Of a DNA stretch of 64,000 nucleotides, positions 24,359-34,077 are shown in pieces. The position numbers were made by a program, and so were the translations under genes. A model generated the notes under the pieces. The model was given only the letters and a program-made list of their open reading frames with translations, made no database searches and was not told the DNA's origin. Within the stretch, counting starts at the first letter, position 1; every line of letters starts with the position of its first letter. This stretch comes from Macrostomum lignano. Taxonomy: Eukaryota. Where the stretch lies: assembly GCA_002269645.1 (NCBI GenBank), contig NIVC01001297.1:97103-161102 (forward strand), given 5' to 3'.

Positions 24359-25006
24359 ATGGGAGAAAAGCGAGTTTGCTACGATATCCGCCTCAGGCAG
24401 GGAAGCTGCATGATTGTCTGCGGGCCCACCAATGCAGGAAAAACAACCTTTGTCAAACACCTGATCCAGTACAGAGACGTCATGTTTGATGTGAAGCCTG
24501 GCAGAGTTCTGTGGTACTATGGGATCTCACAGGCAGGCCATGCAGAACTGAGCAGCCTAGGTGTGCAGCTGCGCCAGGGATTCCCCACCAACATCGAGGC
24601 AGCACTTAGGCCCAATGACCTGGTTGTTTTCGATGACTTAATAGAGGAAACTTCAAATTCTGCTTCAATGCGAAATTTTTTCACAGGAATCGCACATCAC
24701 TTGCCGTGCTTTTTGGTGATGCTGACTCAGAATATATTTTTCAAGGGAAAAGAGTCGCGAACAATGAGCTTGAATGTAATGTACTTAGCTATCTTGAAAA
24801 ACCCCCGAGACCAGCTGCAGATTGCAGCACTGGGCAGGCAGTGCTTTACAGAGAAGCCCGGCTTTCTGCTGTCAGTGTTCAAGCACGTGACCGCGCAGAA
24901 CAGGGGAGCCTACCTGTTCCTAGACTTTCACCCATCAACTCCCGATGAGCTGCGAGTGCGGGCCAGAATTTTGCCCAACCAGCGACCCCATCTTGTATTT
25001 GCTTAA
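24359..25006 (+). CDS. A32/FtsK-like genome-packaging ATPase
   Basis: Walker A GPTNAGKT, Walker B LVVFDD, HH...LTQN motif. Confidence 0.92.
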   Translation: MGEKRVCYDIRLRQGSCMIVCGPTNAGKTTFVKHLIQYRDVMFDVKPGRVLWYYGISQAGHAELSSLGVQLRQGFPTNIEAALRPNDLVVFDDLIEETSNSASMRNFFTGIAHHLPCFLVMLTQNIFFKGKESRTMSLNVMYLAILKNPRDQLQIAALGRQCFTEKPGFLLSVFKHVTAQNRGAYLFLDFHPSTPDELRVRARILPNQRPHLVFA

Positions 25007-25048
25007 GAAAGTGAAGCTTGTTTTTTATCGGCTATTGTTTTCATCGCT

Positions 25049-25387
25049 ATGGAAGTGCTTGATTCACATGCAAGTCTTTTTGCGGTTCTTGCGTCACCTA
25101 AATATACCGTGCGCTTCAAGCAGCTGTTGATAAAAAATTGTCCAAAAGAAGTGCGTTATTTTCTTGTTGAGGCCTGTCATAATCTCTTACAAAACAATTT
25201 ATCGTTTTCGATCGATGAAAAAGCTGTTCTTGCAAAGTCAAAAGAGATAATTCGAAAAATTACTCAGCAGAGAAGAAAGATAGACTTGTTAAAGGCTGGC
25301 TTCATCAAAATACTCCCGATTCTGCTTAAGCTGGTCAAGAAAAAGAAGCAAAATGAACAAATTTTCAGAAATGGTTCTGATTTCTAA
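25049..25387 (+). CDS. Conserved small Polinton protein (PW-like) with amphipathic basic C-terminus
   Basis: EACHNLLQNN...KEIIRKI...LLKAGFIKILPILLKL resembles the conserved Polinton protein ending in GGFL. Confidence 0.55.
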   Translation: MEVLDSHASLFAVLASPKYTVRFKQLLIKNCPKEVRYFLVEACHNLLQNNLSFSIDEKAVLAKSKEIIRKITQQRRKIDLLKAGFIKILPILLKLVKKKKQNEQIFRNGSDF

Positions 25388-26045
25388 AGCAGAGTATGAG
25401 ATGTTAGTGCAGAATTTGAAGCCAAATGAGACTAGCACTGACGCTGACTTGAAGCAGGCTCAGAAGAAATGCGATGATATCTTGTATGCCGAGGATTATC
25501 CAGAAGATGTGAAAACCGCCATGTATCAAAGTGCAATGCAAAGTTTGCTGGCCAAGCGCAAGCACGCTGGAAAAGAAGGATCACGAAATACTGAAGCCAA
25601 GTTGATGAAAATAGAGACACCCCAGATGAACACCTGGGAAGAGAAGATCAGCAAGTCGGTGCCACAGAAATTCAAAACCAGGGCTCGCAGTCTATGGACG
25701 ATCCTGTCCACCAATCCAGAGCTGATTGGAGTTTGTGAAAACGGAGAGGTGGAAATCGCAGGCACGTCAATCCCTTCCTCAAACATACTGGACTTGATTC
25801 AGCACGCAGTGAGGGATTCGTCATGTGAGCGTGAACCAGTTGGGTGGAACGAGTTCATCGATTTGCTGCAGCAGAAAAAGCTTAATGTTCCGCTTTCCGC
25901 TATTGGTAAATCAGTTAAGAAGAAAATGGCAACCAGCAGAGGGGGTGAACTGGAGAAAGAACAGGAGAGTCTAGTCAAGGGGTACGGGAGCAACACAGCC
26001 TGGCTGAAACTGCCTGGCAGAAAAGTATATAAGAAGGTGGACTGA
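25353..26045 (+). CDS. Conserved Polinton protein (PZ-like); may start at ATG 25371
   Basis: GEVEIAGTSIPSSNILDLI...PVGWNEF...LNVPLSAIG motif. Confidence 0.7.
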   Translation: MNKFSEMVLISKAEYEMLVQNLKPNETSTDADLKQAQKKCDDILYAEDYPEDVKTAMYQSAMQSLLAKRKHAGKEGSRNTEAKLMKIETPQMNTWEEKISKSVPQKFKTRARSLWTILSTNPELIGVCENGEVEIAGTSIPSSNILDLIQHAVRDSSCEREPVGWNEFIDLLQQKKLNVPLSAIGKSVKKKMATSRGGELEKEQESLVKGYGSNTAWLKLPGRKVYKKVD

Positions 26046-26073
26046 CTCCGAAATTTCGAGGGAAAGCTGCATC

Positions 26074-26925
26074 ATGAACTACATTGACTTCCAAGGATTC
26101 CCGTGCAACAGCACAAGCAAAAACTTTGTTGTGAAGGAGTTGGCAGTTGTTCAAGTCAGAGCGGGAAGCTACCGAATTGCTCACCATGTGTACGCACCTC
26201 CGTATCCATGGGAGAGAGTCTCACCTGACATGCGAGTTTGCTACAGACAGCTATCAAAGAGTCTGCACCAGTTTAAGTGGAATGATGGAACCCGTCCGTA
26301 CATGGAACTGGCGGAAGACATTCTGAGGATTGCCAGTGGTCCGATCTGGACAAATGGGGAAAGGAAGTCTATTTTCCTGACTGAGCTGCTTGGTAGACAG
26401 GTTTATAACCTAGAAGATTTGGGAGCACCCTCGACTGAAGATTCAGATACTGGCTGTGCAGTGAGAAATTCGTTGCTGCACTACAGTTGGCTTAAGCCAA
26501 AGTTCTGCATCAACTTAAGAAGCGAGCAGTGTCCGTGGCACACGAGCAGTAAAGTTGGCAGAAGCAGATTTGGTGAAGAAGTTGACGATCGAAATGAGCC
26601 CACCAGCTACAGCCCTAAGAGTGAGCAATCTGGTTGGCGGAGTAGATCTGAGGCTGGATGGTGGCAGGGGCGCTCAGCTACCTCTACGGGAACTGGCTCT
26701 CAGCATGGCTCATGTGATCTACCGGCCCGTCTGGCCCCGGGTGCTCATCAAGCGGATGCGAAGTCCCAGAGTGACTCTGCTACTCTACCCTACTGGGCAA
26801 CTGAGCATCTGCGGTGCCAAGACCCACGCAGACGCCAAAAGGGCTGCCCGTCGCTTCGTGGCTATGCTGCATCGGAGAGTGCCAGCTCAACTGCTGCCTC
26901 CTCAAGCCATTTGTGTTCGGATTAA
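26074..26925 (+). CDS. DnaQ/DEDD-like nuclease-fold protein (about first 160 aa) with a low-complexity tail overlapping the TBP gene
   Basis: IDFQGF...FVVKELAVV...APPYPW...KWNDG...VYNLEDLG...CPWH pattern, as seen in Polinton accessory exonuclease-like genes. Confidence 0.6.
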   Translation: MNYIDFQGFPCNSTSKNFVVKELAVVQVRAGSYRIAHHVYAPPYPWERVSPDMRVCYRQLSKSLHQFKWNDGTRPYMELAEDILRIASGPIWTNGERKSIFLTELLGRQVYNLEDLGAPSTEDSDTGCAVRNSLLHYSWLKPKFCINLRSEQCPWHTSSKVGRSRFGEEVDDRNEPTSYSPKSEQSGWRSRSEAGWWQGRSATSTGTGSQHGSCDLPARLAPGAHQADAKSQSDSATLPYWATEHLRCQDPRRRQKGCPSLRGYAASESASSTAASSSHLCSD

Positions 26926-27184
26926 AACTATTACTGCTCATGGTAAATTTAACTTCTGCAATGCTTTGTCCCTCACAAATCTTGCTGCCTCTGGCATACT
27001 GTCTTACGCTGAGTATGAGCCCGAGTCGTTCTCTGCTCTAATTTATACATTACGTTATTGTAAATGCTTGTTATTTCATACTGGTTCTTTTGTTCTTAGT
27101 GGAGCAAAATCTATGAGCATGTTGCGCTTCGACCTTTCTACGTTACATAGTTTAATCAGCCAGTTTATCACCTATCAAAAATAA
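26594..27184 (+). CDS. TATA-binding protein (TBP) homolog, 196 aa core domain only
   Basis: Both TBP repeats align: VSNLVG...LYPTGQLSICGAK...AARRF and YEPESFSALIY...LLFHTGSFVLSGAK; first ATG at 26594 (the ORF-track start is a TTG). Confidence 0.9.
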   Translation: MSPPATALRVSNLVGGVDLRLDGGRGAQLPLRELALSMAHVIYRPVWPRVLIKRMRSPRVTLLLYPTGQLSICGAKTHADAKRAARRFVAMLHRRVPAQLLPPQAICVRIKTITAHGKFNFCNALSLTNLAASGILSYAEYEPESFSALIYTLRYCKCLLFHTGSFVLSGAKSMSMLRFDLSTLHSLISQFITYQK

Positions 27185-27914
27185 ACAAAAAGTGTGTTCC
27201 GTTTGTTCTTGAATGTTTGCGTAAATTCATTACGGAAAACCGCATCTTTAAATTATTTATTTTTATTTTAAAAAATAAGTTTTAACTAAAAAATTAAAGG
27301 TGAAATGAGCATAGAATAATTGAAAACTGGGAGCTAAAACGCGTAATCAGATCTCTCCCCTCACAAAAACAGAAAAAGGGCATAGAACCCATTCCAAAAA
27401 GGTTCTGCCAAAAGCGAAATTGCTTAGATTGATACACGTGAATGAAGAAATTAATTAATCAAACTCGACTGACACTCATACATGTAACTGGACCGCAAAA
27501 TTACAAGATAGAGGCAAGAAATTTCAACAAAAGCAATGCAAAGAAATGTTTTAGCATCATGTTAAAAAATTAATAAATGAACATAAAACTCAGCAATAAA
27601 AATTTCAATACATTAAATTTACTGACTTTGCAATTTAATATTACGAGTAGAAATCGTGCAGTTACAAGGTACTGAAATAAAATTACTAATAAATTAATAG
27701 CTAGCATTAAGACTTCAGACAAAAAGTTCAAAAAGACACTAAAATTACGGTGAAACAGGGGAGGCAAATTGCTGCAACTTCTTCTATCTGAGATAGCAAA
27801 ATTGAGACAGCATATAATTTAAACGGATAAAGGCGAGTATATGTTTGAAGAAACCAAAGACTAAATATTCAGAATAAAATGTGTAGAGGCCGTGTGATAA
27901 AAAGTTATACTCAG

Positions 27915-30900
27915 TCACTTATTAAATTCGTAGTCTTCTTCCCGTCGCCGCTTTCGGGAGGCTGTAGCATTCACGTGCTGTTGCAGCTGCGACGACTCCG
28001 GATGAAGAAGTTGAAAATGGCCAAACGGGAGACTGTAGTTCGGTGCAAGCCAAGCGCGCTTGTCCTCCCAAATGCTTAAGGCACACTTTCGCTGCTGCAG
28101 CGTGAATAGCCTGTGTTGGATGCTAGCGATCCTGTGGATGATGACGGACATGCTACTCAGATCATTGAAGACTCTCAAGTAATCACTATGCGCAATCTCC
28201 TTCTTGACAACACATCCTTGAATGCCTTTGGCTTTTTTCTTTTCAGCAGTTGCAGTGCTAGCGAGAAAGGAATACAGCTTTGGTCTCAAAAGCAACCATT
28301 CGAGATAGCGAGCTCCAGCTCCTTCGTCCTTGATGCAACCGAGGCGAGCTTTCAATTCATTTGAGAACAGCGGGTGCTCAGGTGAATAGTTGGAAGTGTC
28401 AAGGAGTTTCTTTGCTTTTAGCAGTGGAAGAACTTCCGACTGCACATCCATATTCTGAATGCAAAGAAAGAGCGAGTCGGTGTCTCCACCACAGAGCCGA
28501 ACACGGGCACCCTCTTGCTCAAGCCAAGGCTTCAATTTGTCGTAGAATAACTCGTACATGATTAGCTTCGAATAGTCAAGAACACACTGGCCAATAAAAA
28601 TCGGACGATCAAGCTTGACCTTAGTCTTCTGGAATTCAATTATGCTCAGTGAGTCGGTAATTATGATAAAGTTCTTAATGGATGGTTTTGAAGCCAGCAC
28701 CTTTGCTTTTGCAGTGTTGGTGCAAATCCGAATGTCACGTCGCTTACGCACGTTTTCCATTGTTTTTCCGAAGAGCGCATTGTTTTTTAGTTTGTAGTAG
28801 TCTTTCTCGAAGCTGTTTGTCGCAGCAGCTCTTTTCACGCTGTTCATGTTAACATAGTCAGCAAATATCGGCTCCTGTTTGTACTCAATCATTCGATTAA
28901 TTCGTTTGATTTTCATTCCATGGCTCAAGTAGAATGCCAAGATAGCCGAATGAAGCACATAACTCTGCTTGTCATGGCAGGTGAGCAGAAGTTTTTCTGC
29001 CGAACGATAGGCTGCTTTGTCTCCAGTAATCTGCCTCCAAAGCTGTTGCATGTAGGCAGGAAATTCTTTGAATTTTGGTGCTTCTTTTTCTGGTGCAAAA
29101 GGCAAATCTTCAGTGGTGGAATGTATCTCTGCTGGATATAGAAGATCGACATCGAGCAGATAAGCAATTGGATCTGAGATTTTGAGCCCTCGGATACGAT
29201 CCTCGGTCCACAGCTGTAGCTCATCTTCGGAAAGCCAGCGAAATCCATTTGCAGGTAAGTTCATGGTAAGAGCTTGACCGTAAAGGTTGTTAGCATCTAC
29301 TGCTAGAAGCTCGGTAGGAACAGCTTGATCAGCGCCCTCGTCGTGACAGTCATCATCATCATCATCATTGTCATTGCAGATAGTCTGATTGTCAGCTGCT
29401 TCCAAATTTTTTCTAATATCTGGAGAGTTGGCTGACACTCTGTGTATGTTCACAAATGACATGCCACCGCGAATACCGCGCTCGAATGTTGCATACATTT
29501 GCGAATCCGTAATCAGCTCGATTCTGGATTTGAGAGACTTCAGTGCTGAAGCAAAAGATAATCCCGGGGTTGAAACGAAATGCACCGGATCAAGGCCATC
29601 ATCACGAAGGCTGAGCTTGCGAAAATTTTCAAAGACATCGGCGAGCTGCCGAATGTCAAGCTCAAGGTAGCATAGCATGTACTCTTTCAGCGTTTTAACT
29701 TGGAATTCATGCCATGCTTTCTGTGCATGCCTGTAATCCTCATCACTGCAGTGGCTTTTAGTCAGAACGTTGTAGAATTGTTCTTTACTTGGCAGCTCGG
29801 TATCCTCAAGGACATTTGAATTAGTTAAGTAGTCGTACGGAAAAGTGCATTTTCTGAATAAAACTTCTGGAGACAACAGTGGAAACTTACTTTTTAGCAG
29901 GCTAGTGATGGTGCACTCTTCTTCTGGCAGGTTCTTGATCAGCTGAGCCAAGCTGGCGTTGAGAAATTGGTTAGAATCAATGAATTGAATGGTAAAGAAC
30001 AATGGCTTAGTCTTTCCTCCCCTCTCGTACTCATCGATTTTGAAGTCAACTTTCATTGAAACAAACTGCTCAGGATTCTGTGGAATAACCGAAATCCTCC
30101 ATCCATCCATGAGATCCAAAGCCGTTGACATAATGAGATGAAGGTCATAGCCTTTTAGATTGTGGAAAACCACAGGAAGAAAGCGCCTTTTTAGACGAGC
30201 CTGCATGTTGCACTGAGCACAGGCTGCACCTCGGAATTCGCCACTGAGGTGATCATGATCCCAGTGCTTTCCGCTTTCACTATCAAAGCCGCTTCCGCAG
30301 TAGTGACACGATATAGCGTCGCGGAAGCGTTGCTTTGCAGCCTCCGTTCTAATAGCCGTCTGATGACTGAACTCCGTGTTCCAGCCATAAACCTCTCGAG
30401 CTAGCTGTTCAAGGGACTGCAAGAAGTCAGAAACACACTTTTTCGGATTTTCACTCACAAATATGTTAACATCATTGTCGACTCCTATAGGTGATAACCC
30501 TGTGAGGCCTGCTCGGTGCACCACCAAGTAACCAGCAGCAACGGCAACATGCTCTGTCAGCTTTACAGTGCTCGAACCAGCTTCAGTCTGCTGCCCTGTG
30601 TGAGGTGCATTCAATGCCTCGAAGTCGGCGTACACAATGAATGGTGGGCTGATTGTCTTTTCCCACGCCGTAAACCGAAGTACATTGTGATCTTCATCCG
30701 GAAGTTCTTCCTGAACAAAAATCCCACCAGGCTCACAGATATCTTCACAGTGCTCATCGAACGCCTTGCTAGTGTGAAATGACAGCAGACATCGCTCACA
30801 CCACTTTCGCTGGTACAGGTGGGCTTTACTGTTCAGCAATCTGTTGATGTTCGAGACAGCACACCAATGACCACCAGCTGAGTTCTCGTTCGTGGATGGT

Positions 30901-31748
30901 GGAAGAAACATCAGCAGGACAACTGTTCGTCCTCTCATGGTAGCTGCGCTTGGCTGTCGGAGGACTTCAGCAGCTTCATTCTCCCAGGTGAAAACAGTGA
31001 AGCAAAGGGTTGGATTTAATTCCTCGACAGCAGACAGATCGTACAAATTGATCGGCAGACTCAGTCCCGTAATGTTAATCTCATCTAGCCATTCGGTGTA
31101 CGAGGATTCTCGTTGAGCTGACTTCTTAATACGGCAGTGATCTTTGTGAAGAAAGGCAAGGCACGCGTAAACAAAGCAATTTTCACCGCTGCTAGGAGGA
31201 GAAATGACGGCCTTCTTTTGAAAAAGCGCAGTCGGCAAACTAAACCCAGCCGCATGCCCCGAATAGTAGGGAGTTCGAACAGCGAGGGCAGAGCAAAGGT
31301 CGAAGAAATTTATTTTGTCAATGGCCCATCCACTGCCATTAGCGTTGTACACGTCTACTCTCTGCTCTAACTCTGCAAATTGCTGCCTCCACCAGTCATC
31401 AAATTCCTGCACATCAACCAGCATACAAAGATTTGTACTCATCCATTTGTTTTCAACATTGACTGCTTCTGCTGCCTGCACCCGAATCATGCGCACGTTT
31501 AGCTTAATTTGTGCTCTTAGCGAACAGTTGTCAAAGGAGTCAAGACGAACTTCGAGATACTGCAGAACCGCATGTTTGACCAGGTCTAGAAACTCGAATG
31601 GATCAATGTCAGCTGTTGGGGCGAAGCGATGAATCTGCAGTACATCATCGTGGGCACTGTTCACCAAGGAGATAACACATGAAGACCCTAAAAATAAAAT
31701 CGAGAGATAAGATAGTGAAAATTGAGAAACATAAACTGAGAGTCTCAT
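27915..31748 (-). CDS. Protein-primed family B DNA polymerase (pPolB) with endonuclease-VII-like Zn insertion
   Basis: VYADFE, CHYC...DHDHLSGEFRGAACAQCN, FHNLKGYD, FIDS, DANNLYG, KLKNNALFGK, GDTDS; 1277 aa uninterrupted; true 5' end may be spliced (see findings). Confidence 0.95.
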   Translation of the reverse strand: MRLSVYVSQFSLSYLSILFLGSSCVISLVNSAHDDVLQIHRFAPTADIDPFEFLDLVKHAVLQYLEVRLDSFDNCSLRAQIKLNVRMIRVQAAEAVNVENKWMSTNLCMLVDVQEFDDWWRQQFAELEQRVDVYNANGSGWAIDKINFFDLCSALAVRTPYYSGHAAGFSLPTALFQKKAVISPPSSGENCFVYACLAFLHKDHCRIKKSAQRESSYTEWLDEINITGLSLPINLYDLSAVEELNPTLCFTVFTWENEAAEVLRQPSAATMRGRTVVLLMFLPPSTNENSAGGHWCAVSNINRLLNSKAHLYQRKWCERCLLSFHTSKAFDEHCEDICEPGGIFVQEELPDEDHNVLRFTAWEKTISPPFIVYADFEALNAPHTGQQTEAGSSTVKLTEHVAVAAGYLVVHRAGLTGLSPIGVDNDVNIFVSENPKKCVSDFLQSLEQLAREVYGWNTEFSHQTAIRTEAAKQRFRDAISCHYCGSGFDSESGKHWDHDHLSGEFRGAACAQCNMQARLKRRFLPVVFHNLKGYDLHLIMSTALDLMDGWRISVIPQNPEQFVSMKVDFKIDEYERGGKTKPLFFTIQFIDSNQFLNASLAQLIKNLPEEECTITSLLKSKFPLLSPEVLFRKCTFPYDYLTNSNVLEDTELPSKEQFYNVLTKSHCSDEDYRHAQKAWHEFQVKTLKEYMLCYLELDIRQLADVFENFRKLSLRDDGLDPVHFVSTPGLSFASALKSLKSRIELITDSQMYATFERGIRGGMSFVNIHRVSANSPDIRKNLEAADNQTICNDNDDDDDDCHDEGADQAVPTELLAVDANNLYGQALTMNLPANGFRWLSEDELQLWTEDRIRGLKISDPIAYLLDVDLLYPAEIHSTTEDLPFAPEKEAPKFKEFPAYMQQLWRQITGDKAAYRSAEKLLLTCHDKQSYVLHSAILAFYLSHGMKIKRINRMIEYKQEPIFADYVNMNSVKRAAATNSFEKDYYKLKNNALFGKTMENVRKRRDIRICTNTAKAKVLASKPSIKNFIIITDSLSIIEFQKTKVKLDRPIFIGQCVLDYSKLIMYELFYDKLKPWLEQEGARVRLCGGDTDSLFLCIQNMDVQSEVLPLLKAKKLLDTSNYSPEHPLFSNELKARLGCIKDEGAGARYLEWLLLRPKLYSFLASTATAEKKKAKGIQGCVVKKEIAHSDYLRVFNDLSSMSVIIHRIASIQHRLFTLQQRKCALSIWEDKRAWLAPNYSLPFGHFQLLHPESSQLQQHVNATASRKRRREEDYEFNK

Positions 31749-31854
31749 GATTGCTTATAAATCCAGCTCAATTAGCTACTGTATTCATAATAATCGATGT
31801 CTGTATTCAGAATCGAGGAGGGTGTTTTTGGATGTATACAATCGATATAGGTGT

Positions 31855-32025
31855 GCAGAGGTGTGCGAAGTCGAGGTGGGGTGTCCAGAGTCGAGGAAGG
31901 GATGTGCAGAGTCGAGGTGGGGTGTCCGGAGTCGAGGAAGGGATGTGCAGAGTCGAGGAGGGGGTGTGCGGAGTCGAGGACGGGGGTGTGCAGAGTCAGG
32001 GTTGGTGTACGGACTCGGGGTGGGC
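31855..32025. repeat. Short G-rich tandem array inside the Polinton ((GT)GCAGAGTCGAGG(T/A)GG.. ~20 bp x7)
   Basis: Visible repeats of GAGTCGAGG. Confidence 0.8.
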
Positions 32026-32961
32026 GGGTGTTATTACGTATTAATTAAAACTGAATTAGTTACACATTTCGAGTTGAAGGTTTAAAATTTTTCCACTTCA
32101 AATATTGGTAAGAAAATAATTGATTTTTACATTAACAGAGTTGCAAAACTCACCTGCTCCTTCACCTTCTCCTCGCCTAGAACATGTAGGATCCTGCATG
32201 TTGCGACTGCCGGCTGCCAGGCAATGCTGATGCAGATTTGTCTGCTTCCAGCTTCGAATTGATCAATTTTAAGGCCAATGGCAATGCTTAGCTTAAAAAG
32301 GAATAATTAAGAAAAATGCAAAGTAGAGATCGAACCTAGTTAAGATGCTCTTATTCTATTCGCGATATTGAGACTTAACAACGAGCACCAAGCTATAGAA
32401 AAGCAGCCCGCTGATAGTAAAAACCTCAAAATCAAAACTAATAGTCGAGTAATGCGAATAGGTTGCCATGATGCGATAGCTTTTAGCATCAAATCCACCG
32501 ATACGAGTTGATTTGCTATTTTACTGTCTAGTTTGCGTTTTTTCTAAAAATAATTCAATGTTTATTATGAGAAAAAACAATGCAAAAACAACGTGTATTT
32601 GGTATAAACGGCTTTGTAGCAAGAAAATAATTTAGAAGAAGAAACTTTTATTTCGCATTAAATTACAAAATTTTTGCATAGAAAGCAGTATAATTCATTA
32701 TAAGCTACCATGTAAATTCTTGCTCTCCTAATAACTAAATATGAAAACAACCAAAGAGCCTCCAGCTTGATAAACTGCTTAGCCCAGCCCAACGAGATAA
32801 ATCACAGGTGACATGCACTGAAAAAATTAATTTAATTTAAGCAGTTTTTAACTTCTTTTAGAGCTCCTCCCCTTATCAAAAGTCCACTCATTTTTGTAGA
32901 ACTTTTGTGTGCGCTAAAAATTGGTTTCCCTTGCCAACAAAATACTCCAGGCTAAAGCAAA

Positions 32962-33999
32962 TTAAGAGTTACTCAAGCGAATACGGATCCCCCCTACAAA
33001 GTCAATTGAGTACTCGCCCACAACGCTACTCGGTAGGACGAATTGAAGGCAAACTGACGGTGCACCCATCGGTTCAGCGGTTTGGACGCCTGCTGATTGT
33101 TGAACCACCGGTGGGGTAGCATGAGGTTCGACTCCTGCTGATTGTGGAAACTCTGGTACCACCGGTGGGGTAGCATGAGGTTCGACTCCTGCTGATTGTT
33201 GAAACTCTGGTACCACCAGTGGGGTAGCATGAGGTTCGAAATCTCGTAGGAGATCAGACAGGCTGGCATCCGCCATCATTCCAGCCATATTTTTTCCAGC
33301 GACTGGAACAGCCCTGTGCGGTGGCTGCTGCTCGACCGTGGCTTTTTCGTTCGTCTCCCCCGGCTCCAACTCGTGCTCCTCAAAGAAAGCCGTGTCCAAT
33401 TCTGGCGGAGCAACAAAATCAGCGGCAGCAGCATCATCGTCATAGCGATTTACCGGTGTCTGAAGACTGAGAGCACCAGCCGCTGGAACGTCAATGCTGG
33501 CAGCTTGATGGTCAATGCCAGCAGGTCCAGGAGCAGCAGCTGGATAGTCGACGCTGGCAGGTCCAGGAAGGCCGGCAACATCAGCTGGATGCTGATCTGC
33601 AGCAGCAAGTGCAGCGGAAATCAAATCAAAAGTACATGTAGTTGAAATTATTGCAGATTGATTTCGCACACCTTGAATCGTCTGGCTCAGGGCGCTGACC
33701 GGGGCTCGATGACGCTCGATCATATTGAGTTGCTCCTGGCGGTGGGCGGCCTCCAGTACAGTAAAGCGGGCTCGTTCGATGCTATCAGGCGAGCTCCAAT
33801 TAATGATGGTGTGATTTTTATGGGCCCGAACTTGGCGGCGCACATTGAACAGCTCAGTTGTCTGGCACTCGTGGCAAAGCAACCAGCGACTTATAATGCA
33901 GCTGTCTTTTTTGTTATGGAGCTTTAACCCACCGAGCTCACAGGAATTGCAGCTGATGCACACCTCGTGCACGTAGGATGGACACCGAGATTTATTCAT
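32962..33999 (-). CDS. Polinton accessory protein: Cys/His-rich N-terminus with LxCxE match, acidic/Pro-Ala-rich middle, ~3x 18-aa repeats
   Basis: 345-aa ORF with ATG, upstream TATA box and acceptor-like TTTCTCATAG; function unknown. Confidence 0.7.
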   Translation of the reverse strand: MNKSRCPSYVHEVCISCNSCELGGLKLHNKKDSCIISRWLLCHECQTTELFNVRRQVRAHKNHTIINWSSPDSIERARFTVLEAAHRQEQLNMIERHRAPVSALSQTIQGVRNQSAIISTTCTFDLISAALAAADQHPADVAGLPGPASVDYPAAAPGPAGIDHQAASIDVPAAGALSLQTPVNRYDDDAAAADFVAPPELDTAFFEEHELEPGETNEKATVEQQPPHRAVPVAGKNMAGMMADASLSDLLRDFEPHATPLVVPEFQQSAGVEPHATPPVVPEFPQSAGVEPHATPPVVQQSAGVQTAEPMGAPSVCLQFVLPSSVVGEYSIDFVGGIRIRLSNS

Positions 34000-34077
34000 T
34001 ATTTAGAATTTATCTATGAGAAATTTAGTTTTGAATAAAATTTAAATTTAAACTTCTCATATACACATATTTAGCCT

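Noticed and set aside
28113-31632. Many short plus-strand ORFs opposite pPolB
   Set aside because: Antisense shadows of a long coding region
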